Assembly (NCBI GenBank): GCA_024231215.1
Contig: JAAEQR010000142.1
Span: forward strand, 100,593 to 164,592
DNA length: 64,000 bases
Direction: 5' to 3'
Source of the DNA: PVC group bacterium
GTDB taxonomy: Bacteria > Omnitrophota > Gorgyraeia > B26-G9
A program made the position numbers and the translations under genes. Position 1 is the first letter of the stretch, and the number at the start of each line of letters is the position of its first letter. The notes under the pieces were generated by a model. It did not search any database and was not told where the DNA came from. It saw nothing but the letters and a program-made list of their open reading frames with translations. Shown here piece by piece: positions 1-10,776 of this stretch.

Positions 1-1
1 T

Positions 2-346
2 ATTAAAGAACTCAAAAACTACGATATGGATGCCTTGCGTAAAATCTGTGATCGGTTAAAAAGCAAAACAGATAATGTTATTTGCGTATTGGCTTCAACC
101 GGATTAAAAAAACCTCTGCTCATTGTCGGATTAAGTTCTTCTCTGGCTAAAAAAGGCCTTGATGCAGTTACGATCATAAAAGAAATCACAGCCATAGCCG
201 GGGGAGGCGGAGGCGGTAAAAAAGATCTGGCACAAGCGGGAACAAAAGATGAAATAGGACTGCGTAAGGCTCTAGATCAATCAAAACAAATTGTTGAAAA
301 ATTTTTAAACCAAGGCTTTGTATTAGACACAGATGAAGAGTGCTGA
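2..346 (+). CDS. alaS: Alanine--tRNA ligase, C-terminal DHHA1 domain (5' partial)
   Basis: Frame is open from the window edge; GGGGGGKKDLAQAG motif typical of the AlaRS C-terminus. Confidence 0.9.
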   Translation: MKELKNYDMDALRKICDRLKSKTDNVICVLASTGLKKPLLIVGLSSSLAKKGLDAVTIIKEITAIAGGGGGGKKDLAQAGTKDEIGLRKALDQSKQIVEKFLNQGFVLDTDEEC

Positions 347-456
347 GATTTTTGAGCTGAAACAATTACAAAAAATGCAGACATACCCAATAGGTACGTC
401 GAGGCTTTTTGTAATTGTTTAAGCCAAAAAAATTAGTGCTATTCGCTGTGGACTAA
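323..456. repeat. About 134-bp imperfect palindromic element (MITE-like hairpin)
   Basis: TTAG...CTAA termini with imperfect inverted ends; perfect 15-bp inner stem AAACAATTACAAAAA (360-374) / TTTTTGTAATTGTTT (406-420). Confidence 0.6.
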
Positions 457-490
457 GGCAAATTCTTGGTTGGAGGAGATAGGCTAACAA

Positions 491-1711
491 ATGAAAGTAG
501 TTAAATTTACCGGGAAAACAGTGGAAAACATTTACAGCCGTTCGGCTAAACGAAAAGTACGCGTAAAAAGAACTGTAGAGAAAATAATCCAGGATGTACA
601 TACTACCGGAGATAAAGCACTAATAAAGTATACAAAAAAATTTGATAACGTCAAATTAACCGTACGGCAAATCAAAGTAACAGAATCGGAAACCAACGGT
701 GCATACCAAAACATCGATGCTGAGTTCATTTCCAGTTTAAAAATAGCCTTAAATAATATTACCAGTTTCTACAAAAAACAGTTGAAGAAATCCTGGAAAA
801 TAAAACAGGAAGACGGCGTTATATTGGGAGAAATCATACGCCCCATTGAAAAAGTTGGAGTATATGTACCTAGTGGGACAGCACCGCTAATCTCATCAGT
901 ATATATGAGTGTGCTCCCGGCAAAAATCGCCGGAGTCAGTGAAATATACTTAGCTACTCCGCCTAACGCAAATGGAGAGGTAAATCCATATATACTTGTT
1001 GTTGCCAATCTCTTAAAAGTAAACGCAGTTTATAAATTAGGCGGCGCACATGCAATAGCGGCCATGGCCTTAGGAACAAAAACCGTGCCTAAAGTAGATA
1101 AAATTGTCGGTCCGGGAAACGACTATGTCACAGAAGCCAAACGCCAGGTATTTGGATATGTTGATATTGACATGCTCGCCGGGCCAAGTGAAATTGTAGT
1201 TATTGCTAATAATTTTGCAAATCCAAAACATGTTATCGCTGATCTACAGTCCCAGGCTGAACACCGTCGAGGTATTGCTATCTTAGTCACTACTTCAAAA
1301 AAACTAGCAAAAATTGTCCGCAAAGAAGTATCCAGCGGATATACAATTTTAGTAAAAAATCTAGATGAAGCCGTAGATGTCTCTAACCGTATTGCTCCGG
1401 AACATCTAGAAATACTAGTCAAACAACCAAATAAACTTCTGAAAAAAATCAAGAATGCAGGGGCTGTATTTGTCGGACCATATACACCGGTTGTGGTGGG
1501 TGACTACATTTCCGGCCCAAGCCACGTGTTACCAACAGGCGGCACAGCCAGATTTTTCTCCGGATTAGGAATTAATGATTTCATAAAAAGTACACATATG
1601 ATAAGCTATACTAAAAAGGCCTTGGAAAAGGTAGCACCTGCGGTGGAAAAAATAGCATCTTTAGAAGGCTTGAAAAAACACATTTATTCCTTAAAATCAC
1701 GTTTTGAATAA
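491..1711 (+). CDS. hisD: Histidinol dehydrogenase
   Basis: VGVYVPSG, VDKIVGPGN, IDMLAGPSE, QAEH, APEHL, GPSHVLPTGG motifs; GGAGG RBS. Confidence 0.97.
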   Translation: MKVVKFTGKTVENIYSRSAKRKVRVKRTVEKIIQDVHTTGDKALIKYTKKFDNVKLTVRQIKVTESETNGAYQNIDAEFISSLKIALNNITSFYKKQLKKSWKIKQEDGVILGEIIRPIEKVGVYVPSGTAPLISSVYMSVLPAKIAGVSEIYLATPPNANGEVNPYILVVANLLKVNAVYKLGGAHAIAAMALGTKTVPKVDKIVGPGNDYVTEAKRQVFGYVDIDMLAGPSEIVVIANNFANPKHVIADLQSQAEHRRGIAILVTTSKKLAKIVRKEVSSGYTILVKNLDEAVDVSNRIAPEHLEILVKQPNKLLKKIKNAGAVFVGPYTPVVVGDYISGPSHVLPTGGTARFFSGLGINDFIKSTHMISYTKKALEKVAPAVEKIASLEGLKKHIYSLKSRFE

Positions 1712-1725
1712 GAAGAGGTGTAGAA

Positions 1726-2331
1726 ATGAATGAATTAAGAAAAGCACAAATTAAAAGAAAGACCAACGAAGTAGATATAAACGGTGAATTCATCATTGAC
1801 GGTTCAGGAAACACTGATGTAAAAACAGGCTTTGAACCGCTTAATCATTTACTTACTTTGTTTGCCTTTCACGGCCTGTTTAATTTAAAAATCCAAGCAA
1901 CCGGAGACTTACCTCATCACATCATCGAAGATATCGGTATTGCCCTGGGTAAAACATTCAAAGAAGCTCTGGGAGAAAAAGAAAGTATTAACCGCTATGG
2001 ATGCTTTACTGTTGCTATGGATAAAGTCGCAGTGGAGGCTGTCATTGATATCAGCGGCAGGCCATCTTTGCACGGAGAAGCACTAACCGCTAAGATTCTT
2101 GAAGGATCTTTTGATAATACTGATTTCACATTCAAACATGCTGAGGAGTTCTTAGAATCATTCCTGCAGCATGCTGGCATCAGTCTGGTTTATATTGTAA
2201 AATCCTCAGAAGGGGACTTGCATCATATATTAGAAGCCTTATTTAAAGCCATGGGTAAAGCCCTGGATATTGCTACACAAATTGATATGCGACGCCAGGG
2301 AGTACCGTCAACAAAAGGAGTTATTGACTAA
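1726..2331 (+). CDS. hisB: Imidazoleglycerol-phosphate dehydratase
   Basis: RKTNEV, HHIIEDIGIALG, HHILEALFKA, VPSTKG motifs. Confidence 0.96.
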   Translation: MNELRKAQIKRKTNEVDINGEFIIDGSGNTDVKTGFEPLNHLLTLFAFHGLFNLKIQATGDLPHHIIEDIGIALGKTFKEALGEKESINRYGCFTVAMDKVAVEAVIDISGRPSLHGEALTAKILEGSFDNTDFTFKHAEEFLESFLQHAGISLVYIVKSSEGDLHHILEALFKAMGKALDIATQIDMRRQGVPSTKGVID

Positions 2332-2335
2332 TCAA

Positions 2336-3097
2336 ATGATTATCATACCGGCAATTGACCTCAAGGATGGAAAAGTAGTACGTCTCTTACGAGGAGAGTA
2401 CCAACAAGAAACAGTATATGATGAAAACCCACTCGCTGTAGCCAGACGCTGGAAATACGCCGGAGCAGATATTATCCATATTGTAAACCTAGACGGAGCT
2501 CTTGCCGGTGATTTAAAACAGCTGGAAATTGTAAAAAAATTAATAAGCAATTTACATATACAGGTTCAATTCGGCGGAGGAATTCGCTCCTTAGATGATA
2601 TCAAATCCGTTTTTGATGCCGGAGCTGAACGAGTAATTATCGGAACAAAGGCATTCACCGATGACACTTTTTTGAAATACATATCTCAAGATCCGATATT
2701 AAAAAACAAGCTTGATAATATCATTGTAAGTATTGACTGTAAACGCGCTGCCCAAGGTTCCTATGTTGCAACAACTACAGGTTGGACACAGGATACACAA
2801 ATTACCCATGTGGATATGCTCGATGAAATCAGCAAACACGGAATCACTACGGCAGTGGTCACGGATATCAGTACTGACGGAGCACTTACCGGTCCGAATA
2901 TGCCATTTTTAACACAAGCCTTAGAAAAAAATTCTTCTGTCAAAATCATTGCGTCCGGTGGAATTGCAAATATAGATAATATTAAGGAACTAAAAGCATT
3001 AAGTGAAAAATATACCAATCTTCATGGTGTTATTATTGGAAAAGCATTATATGAACAAAAAGTAGAGCTTAAGGAGGCTATTAGAGTATGCAGGTAA
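2336..3097 (+). CDS. hisA: ProFAR isomerase HisA
   Basis: [42 protein letters not shown]; start moved to ATG 2336. Confidence 0.95.
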   Translation: MIIIPAIDLKDGKVVRLLRGEYQQETVYDENPLAVARRWKYAGADIIHIVNLDGALAGDLKQLEIVKKLISNLHIQVQFGGGIRSLDDIKSVFDAGAERVIIGTKAFTDDTFLKYISQDPILKNKLDNIIVSIDCKRAAQGSYVATTTGWTQDTQITHVDMLDEISKHGITTAVVTDISTDGALTGPNMPFLTQALEKNSSVKIIASGGIANIDNIKELKALSEKYTNLHGVIIGKALYEQKVELKEAIRVCR

Positions 3098-3453
3098 AAC
3101 GTCCATTGTGTAAACCACTAAAGTTGAAAAACTTAAAATCAGTTAATGATCTAAAATTTGATGATAAAGGTCTAATCCCAACAATTGTCCAGGATACAAA
3201 AGATAAAAAAATATTAATGGTTGCTTATATGAATAAGGAATCTCTGAAAAAGACTATGAAAACCGGACTGGCTACTTACTGGTCACGCTCTCGCAAATGC
3301 TTTTGGTTAAAAGGGGATACGTCCGGACATTTTCAGAAGGTAAAAAAGATATATTTTGACTGCGACAAAGATACCTTGCTTTTAGAAGTAACCCAAATAG
3401 GCGTTGCTTGTCATACAGGCAAACGTTCATGTTTTTTCACACGGTTAGCATAA
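3088..3453 (+). CDS. hisI: Phosphoribosyl-AMP cyclohydrolase
   Basis: [30 protein letters not shown] motifs; no fused HisE domain. Confidence 0.96.
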   Translation: MQVKRPLCKPLKLKNLKSVNDLKFDDKGLIPTIVQDTKDKKILMVAYMNKESLKKTMKTGLATYWSRSRKCFWLKGDTSGHFQKVKKIYFDCDKDTLLLEVTQIGVACHTGKRSCFFTRLA

Positions 3454-3454
3454 C

Positions 3455-3479
3455 GGGCGGAGGCAAGCGCCGCCCCTAC
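3455..3479 (-). repeat. GTAG-family REP palindrome (class B)
   Basis: Minus strand reads GTAG GGGCGG cgcttgcct CCGCCC; related copy at 57668-57691. Confidence 0.7.
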
Positions 3480-3496
3480 AATAGGTTATACTTGAT

Positions 3497-4996
3497 ATGT
3501 ATTATCCATCAAAAAAAGAATTTAAAAAATTAAGCAAAAAAGGCAACCTTATTCCCGTGTATCGGGAATTGCTTGCTGATTTTGAAACTCCGGTATCTGC
3601 ATTTTCGAAAATAGATACCGGTGCTTATTCATATCTCTTAGAATCTGTGGAAGGGCAGGAAAAAATTGCCCGCTATTCATTCCTGGGCAGTAACCCGTCT
3701 TTATTATTGAAAATCAAAGGCCGCCAGGTTCAAATCCACGAAAAAAAAGGGGGACGTTTTAAACAAAAAAATTATGCACTTAAAGATAACGATCCTTTAG
3801 ATGAAATAAAAAAAATAATCACTCAATACAAATTTGTTACTGTTCCCGGATTACCAAGATTTTGCGGAGGATTAGTCGGATACCTTAGTTATGATACTGT
3901 ACGATTTTTCGAAAATATCCCGGACAAAAACCCGGATGATCTAAAATTACCGGATGCAGTATTTGTTCTGACAGATACAATACTTATTTTTGATCATATT
4001 GCACATAAGATCAAAATCGTTTCCAATGTCCATATTGATGATAAATCACCTGCTTCTCTGGACAAACTCTATGATAAATCCATAAAAAAAATCGATCAAA
4101 TAGCTGCACTATTAAAGAAGCCGTTGAAACCACACAAAACTCAGAAAAAAAATCCTCCGGTACGAGTACAATCTAATATGAGTAAAAAAGAATTTAAAAA
4201 TGCAGTTACTAAGGCAAAACAATATATCCGTGCCGGTGACATCATTCAAACCGTAATCTCTCAAAGATTCAAAGTAGATATTAATATCCCACCTTTTGAT
4301 TTATATCGTGCCCTGCGCACGGTTAATCCGTCTCCATATATGTATTATCTGAAATTCGGTGACGTCAAAATCATCGGATCATCTCCGGAAGTAATGGTTA
4401 GATGTGAAACAAATACAGCTGAGGTAAGACCAATAGCCGGAACACGTAAAAGAGGAAAAGACGAATCACAGGATGAATATTTAAGTAACGACCTTTTAAA
4501 TGATCCAAAAGAACGAGCCGAACACATTATGCTGGTTGATTTAGGCAGGAATGATCTAGGCCGTGTCTGCCGCTACAGTAGTGTAAAAGTAGATGACTTA
4601 ATGATCATTGAAAAATACTCCCATGTAATGCATATTGTCAGTAATGTGCAAGGACAGTTGAAACAGGGGAAAGATGTTTTTGATCTGATCCGTGCGACAT
4701 TTCCGGCAGGCACTGTATCCGGAGCACCAAAGATCAGAGCTATGGAAATCATTGACGAACTAGAAACAGTAAGAAGAGGCCCCTATGCAGGTTGTGTTGG
4801 ATACTTTAGTTTTTCCGGTAACCTGGATACATGTATTACAATCAGAACCATTGTCTGCAAAGGTAATAGTGCTTATGTTCAAGCCGGCGCAGGAATCGTG
4901 GCTGATTCCGTTCCGGAAAAAGAATACCAAGAGACAGAAAATAAGGCAAAAGCTCTTATAAAATCAATATCCGTAGCACAAGAGGGATTATTATGA
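3497..4996 (+). CDS. trpE: Anthranilate synthase component I
   Basis: [40 protein letters not shown] motifs. Confidence 0.97.
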   Translation: MYYPSKKEFKKLSKKGNLIPVYRELLADFETPVSAFSKIDTGAYSYLLESVEGQEKIARYSFLGSNPSLLLKIKGRQVQIHEKKGGRFKQKNYALKDNDPLDEIKKIITQYKFVTVPGLPRFCGGLVGYLSYDTVRFFENIPDKNPDDLKLPDAVFVLTDTILIFDHIAHKIKIVSNVHIDDKSPASLDKLYDKSIKKIDQIAALLKKPLKPHKTQKKNPPVRVQSNMSKKEFKNAVTKAKQYIRAGDIIQTVISQRFKVDINIPPFDLYRALRTVNPSPYMYYLKFGDVKIIGSSPEVMVRCETNTAEVRPIAGTRKRGKDESQDEYLSNDLLNDPKERAEHIMLVDLGRNDLGRVCRYSSVKVDDLMIIEKYSHVMHIVSNVQGQLKQGKDVFDLIRATFPAGTVSGAPKIRAMEIIDELETVRRGPYAGCVGYFSFSGNLDTCITIRTIVCKGNSAYVQAGAGIVADSVPEKEYQETENKAKALIKSISVAQEGLL

Positions 4997-5568
4997 TTTT
5001 ATTAATAGATAATTATGATTCTTTTACATATAATCTAGTTCAATATTTCGGAGAACTGAAGCAAAAGCTAAAAGTAATACGAAACGATAAGATTACAATT
5101 GATCGCATTAAGCGATTGAAACCGGATTATATTGTAATTTCTCCCGGGCCCTGCACCCCAAAAGAAGCAGGACTGTCCTGCGAGATCATTAAGCAATTTG
5201 CCGGAAAAATACCAATCCTCGGAGTTTGCCTGGGACACCAATGCATAGGAAATGCCTTTGGCGGAAAAATAGTTCGCGCCAAAAATATTATGCACGGTAA
5301 AACCTCACAAATATATCATAAAAAAGAAAATATTTTTAAGGGTATTTCAAACCCGTTTACAGCTACACGTTATCATTCTCTGATCATTAAAAAAGATACT
5401 CTCCCTGGATGCTTCTCGATTACAGCCTGGACTAAGGATAAAACAATAATGGCCATAAAACACCGCAAATATCCACTCTGGGGACTTCAATTTCACCCGG
5501 AATCCATTCTAACAAAAGACGGAAAAAAAATTCTTTCCAACTTCTTAAAAGAGGGGATAAAAAAATGA
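4993..5568 (+). CDS. trpG: Anthranilate synthase component II (glutamine amidotransferase)
   Basis: [29 protein letters not shown]; ATGA overlap with trpE. Confidence 0.95.
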   Translation: MILLIDNYDSFTYNLVQYFGELKQKLKVIRNDKITIDRIKRLKPDYIVISPGPCTPKEAGLSCEIIKQFAGKIPILGVCLGHQCIGNAFGGKIVRAKNIMHGKTSQIYHKKENIFKGISNPFTATRYHSLIIKKDTLPGCFSITAWTKDKTIMAIKHRKYPLWGLQFHPESILTKDGKKILSNFLKEGIKK

Positions 5569-6584
5569 TTCAAGAGGGAATAAAAAAAGTTATTACTAAA
5601 AAAAACTTGAGAAAAGAAGAAATGCAGGAAATCTTCACCCAAATCATGCAGGGAGAGGCTACTCCTGCGCAAATTGCCGCATTCCTAATCGGTTTGAGAA
5701 TGAAAGGCGAAACAGTAGATGAAATAACCGGCGCAGCAGAAGTAATGCGTAAATTTGCCACCCATATAAAAGTAGACAACCCAACCATCCTTGATACCTG
5801 CGGCACCGGAGGAGACAGAAAACACACATTTAATATCTCAACAATGACGGCAATAGTTGCCAGCGGAGCAGGCGTAACCGTTGCTAAACACGGCAACCGT
5901 AGCGTCTCCAGCAAATCCGGCAGCGCAGACCTCTTAGAGAAACTAGGGGTAAATCTTTCAGCTGATGTTGCAATAGTAGAAAAATGTGTGAATGAAATAG
6001 GTATCGGGTTTCTATTCGCACCAACCCTGCATAAAGCCATGAAATATGCAGTTGGTCCCCGAAAAGAAGTCGGTGTAAGAACAATTTTTAATATTTTAGG
6101 ACCGCTTACTAATCCAGCTAACGCAACCAATCAACTTTTGGGAATTTTTGATCGCACATTACGAGAACCAGTTGCTTTGGTTCTCCAGAAATTAGGATTA
6201 AAACATGCCCTCGTTGTACACGGCGCAGATGGGGTGGATGAAGTAAGTACTGTTGCAGAAACCTTTGTTTGTGAACTAAAAGATAATCAGCTGGAAGATT
6301 ATACAGTAAAACCAGAACGATTTAACATTAATAGAACCAATATTGAAAGCCTGCAAATAACAGATGCGCAAGAAAGCGCTAGTATCGCAAATAAACTCTT
6401 AGACGGCGAAAAAGGCCCAATATATGACGCTGTACTTTTAAATTCAGCCTTTGCTATTTATGCCGCAGATAAAGCCCCTTCTGTAGATGAAGGAATTAAG
6501 CTGGCTGCTGCAAGCTTAGCCGAGGGAAAAGCTAAAGAAAAACTCAATTTATTAATCAAATACACTAATGAAAACAATTCTTGA
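5565..6584 (+). CDS. trpD: Anthranilate phosphoribosyltransferase
   Basis: [34 protein letters not shown] motifs. Confidence 0.97.
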   Translation: MIQEGIKKVITKKNLRKEEMQEIFTQIMQGEATPAQIAAFLIGLRMKGETVDEITGAAEVMRKFATHIKVDNPTILDTCGTGGDRKHTFNISTMTAIVASGAGVTVAKHGNRSVSSKSGSADLLEKLGVNLSADVAIVEKCVNEIGIGFLFAPTLHKAMKYAVGPRKEVGVRTIFNILGPLTNPANATNQLLGIFDRTLREPVALVLQKLGLKHALVVHGADGVDEVSTVAETFVCELKDNQLEDYTVKPERFNINRTNIESLQITDAQESASIANKLLDGEKGPIYDAVLLNSAFAIYAADKAPSVDEGIKLAAASLAEGKAKEKLNLLIKYTNENNS

Positions 6585-7359
6585 AAAGATAGTTAGCGAA
6601 AAGAAAAAAGAAGTCAAAAAAGCAAAGCAAGTGATTTCCCTAAAAGAACTATCGGGAAAAATAAAAAAACAAAAGATTGCTTGCCGTGATTTCAAAAAAA
6701 ATATTTCATCACCGGGACAGATAAACTTTATCGGGGAACTAAAAAAAGCATCCCCGATAAAGGGAATGTTGCGTGAAAACCTGGATTTAGCAAAGACAGC
6801 GCGAATTTACGAAAGACAAGGCATAAAAGCAATTTCCGTACTTACTGATATACATTTTTGCGGACAGCTTTCGGATATAAAAACCGTAAAGAAAGCATCA
6901 AAACTTCCAGTATTGCGCAAAGATTTTATTATTGATGAATATCAGCTTTATGAATCGCGCTTAGCCGGAGCAGATGCTATACTGTTAATTGCCGCAATAT
7001 TATCTAAGGCAAGCTTAACCAAGATGCTGCGTATTACACACACACTAGGCATGCATGCTCTTGTAGAAGTACACAACAAAGACGATTTTAAAAAGGTGAA
7101 TTTTAAAGAAACCGACATTCTTGGAGTGAATAATAGAAATCTTAAAAATTTCAAGGTAGATATTACTACCACAGAAAAACTTATTAAAAACATTCCGGGA
7201 GATAAAATAGTCGTTGGAGAAAGCGGCATATCCTTAAGAAAACATGTTCGATACATGGAAAAACTAGGGGTCCAGGCATTACTAATTGGAGAAGGAATTG
7301 TCCGTTCAAAAAATATCGCTTCAAAAATCAAAACCTTGTACGGAAGAAGAAAATCATGA
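6568..7359 (+). CDS. trpC: Indole-3-glycerol phosphate synthase
   Basis: ELKKASP, AISVLTD, LRKDFI, LVEVH, GVNNRNL, ESGI motifs. Confidence 0.96.
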   Translation: MKTILEKIVSEKKKEVKKAKQVISLKELSGKIKKQKIACRDFKKNISSPGQINFIGELKKASPIKGMLRENLDLAKTARIYERQGIKAISVLTDIHFCGQLSDIKTVKKASKLPVLRKDFIIDEYQLYESRLAGADAILLIAAILSKASLTKMLRITHTLGMHALVEVHNKDDFKKVNFKETDILGVNNRNLKNFKVDITTTEKLIKNIPGDKIVVGESGISLRKHVRYMEKLGVQALLIGEGIVRSKNIASKIKTLYGRRKS

Positions 7360-7979
7360 CAAAGATTAAAATATGCGGCATTACCAGGCTCAAGGACGCA
7401 CTATCGGCAGCTGAATATGGGGCAGATGCTGTGGGATTTGTATTTGCTAAGAGTCCACGTCGGATAAGTCCTGTAGCTGCTTCCCGGATTATTGATAATT
7501 TACCCCCTTTTATTGCTAAAGTAGGTCTTTTTGTCAATGCAGAAAAAGAAGAAGTACTAAACATATTAAAAACCTGTCAACTGGATACTCTACAGTTCCA
7601 CGGCGAAGAAAGTGATAAATACTGTAATTTCTTTAGAAAATATTGTAAAATAATAAAAGCGTTCAGGATAAAAGATAATAGCTCATTAAAGCAGGCCTGC
7701 TCCTATAAATATATTGATGCTTGCTTATGTGACACATATGATCCAAAAAAACACGGAGGAACCGGAAAATCATTTAATTGGAATATATTGAAAAATTCCG
7801 GATTAAAGAAACCTGTTATAATTGCCGGTGGAGCATCATTATCAAATGTTGGTAAAATCATCCATAAACTTAAGCCATATGGGATTGATGTCTCCAGCAG
7901 TATTGAGCGCTCTCCTGGCAAGAAAGATGCTCGCATAATGCGGAAATTCATAAAAACTGTTACTAAAGAATCTTTATAA
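7356..7979 (+). CDS. trpF: Phosphoribosylanthranilate isomerase
   Basis: KICGIT, QFHGEE, GGTGKSFNW, AGG, GIDVSS motifs. Confidence 0.96.
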   Translation: MTKIKICGITRLKDALSAAEYGADAVGFVFAKSPRRISPVAASRIIDNLPPFIAKVGLFVNAEKEEVLNILKTCQLDTLQFHGEESDKYCNFFRKYCKIIKAFRIKDNSSLKQACSYKYIDACLCDTYDPKKHGGTGKSFNWNILKNSGLKKPVIIAGGASLSNVGKIIHKLKPYGIDVSSSIERSPGKKDARIMRKFIKTVTKESL

Positions 7980-7991
7980 TTGGAGCGACTT

Positions 7992-8771
7992 ATGAAAAAC
8001 AAAAAAAACAATAATGACAAACCTAGAGTAAAATTCTCAGAAAATGATATACAGAAAAAACTCTATGGCGAAGAAAAAACAAAAAAAACACTGCCAAAGA
8101 TCATCAGCTCTATAGACAAAGATTCACCCATTAAACAAACAATCCCTACTAATAAACACATCCAGGAAGAAATAGACGCTCTTAAAGATGCTATAAATCA
8201 ACTTGAAGACAAATTAAAAAAAACAGAAGGACAAAAAGAACGTCTCAAAAAAAAACTTGTCCAAAGAAGATTTACAGCAAATCTAAAAGATGAAATCCTT
8301 GCAGTTATATCCAATAAGATACCTGAAAAAGTTATTATCCTTATTCCCGTTTTAGTTATTATTGTCCTTTTCATTCTCTTATTTAGCTTAAACCAGGAAA
8401 AAACTTCTACGCAAGAACCCCAGGCCGTTACTCAAACAGAAAGCCGGGTTCCTGAACGAAAAATTACCACTGCTCCTGTACCTGCGACTCCACGCCGAGA
8501 GAATAGCCCTGTTTTTGATTCAACAAAAAAATACACCCTTCAGGTTGCTGAATATTCCAATGAGCCCGCTGCAGAACGCTTTGTTAATAGCCTCAGAGAC
8601 CAGGGGTTTTACGTAAGCATCGATACCCGTTATCGGGGAGAAGAAAAAACGAATCCATATTTTAAAATTAACGTAGGTAAGTTTGATTCTTTTAACGAAG
8701 CAAAAAAATTTCATGAGGCATTTAAGCGAAAGACCGGTATAACAGACTCTTTTATCAAGGAGAAAAAGTAA
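7992..8771 (+). CDS. Membrane-anchored SPOR domain protein (coiled coil, TM, SPOR)
   Basis: N-terminal coiled coil, one hydrophobic TM, C-terminal YTLQVAEY...VGKF...EAKK SPOR-like segment; GGAG RBS before ATG 7992. Confidence 0.8.
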   Translation: MKNKKNNNDKPRVKFSENDIQKKLYGEEKTKKTLPKIISSIDKDSPIKQTIPTNKHIQEEIDALKDAINQLEDKLKKTEGQKERLKKKLVQRRFTANLKDEILAVISNKIPEKVIILIPVLVIIVLFILLFSLNQEKTSTQEPQAVTQTESRVPERKITTAPVPATPRRENSPVFDSTKKYTLQVAEYSNEPAAERFVNSLRDQGFYVSIDTRYRGEEKTNPYFKINVGKFDSFNEAKKFHEAFKRKTGITDSFIKEKK

Positions 8772-8773
8772 CA

Positions 8774-9958
8774 ATGTCAAAACAACCAGATCAAAAAGGA
8801 TACTTTGGCCAGTTCGGTGGAAAATTCGTTCCAGAAACACTTATTGCCGCGTTAAATGAATTAGAAACCGCTTATAATCACTCGAAACGTGATCCTAAGT
8901 TTAAAAAACAGTTGCAATTTTATCTTAAAGAATTCGCCGGCAGACCAACACCCTTATACTATGCCGAACAGTTAAGTAAACACCTCGGCTTAAAAGTCTA
9001 TTTAAAACGTGAAGACTTATTACATTCCGGAGCTCATAAGATCAATAATACCTTAGGACAAGTCTTACTGGCTCTACAAATGAACAAACGACGTATTATC
9101 GCAGAAACCGGGGCAGGACAACATGGAGTAGCTACAGCGGTAGCCGCAGCACGTTTTGGCCTAGAGTGCGAAGTATATATGGGCGAAGAGGACATGCATC
9201 GCCAAGCACTGAATGTTTTCCGCATGAAACTTCTTGGCGCAAAAGTCAATTGTGTAACATCCGGGAGCAAGACATTAAAAGACGCAACAAATGAAGCTAT
9301 TCGCGACTGGGTAAGCAATGTCCGTACTACCCATTATATTCTGGGATCAGTTGTTGGACCACATCCTTACCCGGTAATGGTAAGAGACTTTCAAGCAGTT
9401 ATTGGTAAGGAAGCACGCAGCCAAATACTCCAAAAAGAAAAAAGACTTCCTGATTATCTTATGGCCTGTGTCGGCGGAGGCAGTAACGCAATCGGACTTT
9501 TTCATGAATTTTTTAACGACAAAAAAGTAAAAATATTCGGAATTGAGGCTGCCGGACACGGATTAAGTTCGGGGCAACATGCAGCAAGCTTATCAAAGGG
9601 AACAGTTGGCATTTTACACGGAAATAAAAGCTATCTTTTACAAGATAACGATGGCCAGATAAAAATAGCCCATTCTGTATCCGCAGGGTTAGATTATCCG
9701 GGAGTAGGCCCTGAACACTCCTACTATAAAAAAATAAAAAGAGCAGAGTATGTTGCAATAACCGACCAGGAAGCTTTGCAGGGATTAAAAAACCTCTCTA
9801 GGATAGAAGGTATAATTCCTGCACTTGAATCTGCACATGCTATTGCTTATTTATACAAAGCTGCAAAAAAAATCAAAAAGAAAAGTATTGTTGTTGTCTG
9901 TCTCTCAGGAAGAGGAGATAAAGACATGGAAATGGTTTCAAAATTAAAGGTGCTTTAA
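8774..9958 (+). CDS. trpB: Tryptophan synthase beta chain
   Basis: [50 protein letters not shown]. Confidence 0.98.
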   Translation: MSKQPDQKGYFGQFGGKFVPETLIAALNELETAYNHSKRDPKFKKQLQFYLKEFAGRPTPLYYAEQLSKHLGLKVYLKREDLLHSGAHKINNTLGQVLLALQMNKRRIIAETGAGQHGVATAVAAARFGLECEVYMGEEDMHRQALNVFRMKLLGAKVNCVTSGSKTLKDATNEAIRDWVSNVRTTHYILGSVVGPHPYPVMVRDFQAVIGKEARSQILQKEKRLPDYLMACVGGGSNAIGLFHEFFNDKKVKIFGIEAAGHGLSSGQHAASLSKGTVGILHGNKSYLLQDNDGQIKIAHSVSAGLDYPGVGPEHSYYKKIKRAEYVAITDQEALQGLKNLSRIEGIIPALESAHAIAYLYKAAKKIKKKSIVVVCLSGRGDKDMEMVSKLKVL

Positions 9959-9960
9959 AC

Positions 9961-10755
9961 ATGAATAGAATAGCTGTGAAAAACAATCATTTACAACAAA
10001 TACAAAAAAAAGCTTTTGTTGTCTATATTACTGCTGGATTTCCTAACATAAAAACAACAGAACAATTAATCCCCGTACTCGAGAAAAACGGGGTTGATTT
10101 CATTGAATTAGGAATGCCTTTTTCCGATCCGATTGCTGACGGTCCTACAATTCAAAAATCTTCATATACTGCGCTGCAAAAGGGTATGAATTTAGAAAAG
10201 TTCTTCAAGTTAGTATGCAGTATTCGAAAGAAAAGCAATATACCGTTAATCATGATGACTTATTATAATCCAATATATAACTATGGAATTAAACGGTTTG
10301 CAAAGATAGCTCATCAGTCAGGCTTAGACGGAGTAATCGTGCCCGATTTGCCTATTGAAGAAGCTTCTGAATTAAATCAATGTTTAAAACAATTTGATAT
10401 CGCTAATATCTTTTTAGTCTCTCCGGTAACACCAAAAAAACGCATCAGGAAAATCGCCGCTTTATCTTCCGGATTTATTTACTATGTATCTTTAACCGGA
10501 GTAACAGGGGTACGGGACAAACTTCCATCAGATTTAGTACAAAATATAAAAAAGATAAAGAGCGTAACAAAAAAACCTGTATTCGTAGGATTCGGGGTGT
10601 CAAAACCAAAGCAGATAAAAAATATTGATCGTGCTGCCAGCGGAGTTATTGTCGGCAGTGCTATTATTAAATCAATTGCAACTCATTACGGAACAAAAAA
10701 TTTTTTAAAAAAGATCGGGAAATTTGTAGCTTCCCTTAGTATTGTAACCAAATAA
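9961..10755 (+). CDS. trpA: Tryptophan synthase alpha chain
   Basis: IELGMPFSDPIADGPTIQ, MTYYNP, PDLP, GVTG, VGFG, IVGSA. Confidence 0.97.
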   Translation: MNRIAVKNNHLQQIQKKAFVVYITAGFPNIKTTEQLIPVLEKNGVDFIELGMPFSDPIADGPTIQKSSYTALQKGMNLEKFFKLVCSIRKKSNIPLIMMTYYNPIYNYGIKRFAKIAHQSGLDGVIVPDLPIEEASELNQCLKQFDIANIFLVSPVTPKKRIRKIAALSSGFIYYVSLTGVTGVRDKLPSDLVQNIKKIKSVTKKPVFVGFGVSKPKQIKNIDRAASGVIVGSAIIKSIATHYGTKNFLKKIGKFVASLSIVTK

Positions 10756-10776
10756 AAATCCAGCTGGAGAACCAAC

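Noticed and set aside
346-490. His attenuator or T-box upstream of hisD
   Set aside because: No His-codon leader peptide or T-box consensus; the hairpin is better explained as a palindromic insertion.
5570-6130. 186-aa minus-strand ORF (and the many other short antisense ORFs over his/trp/acc/dnaE)
   Set aside because: Fully overlap well-supported + strand genes; typical frame shadows.
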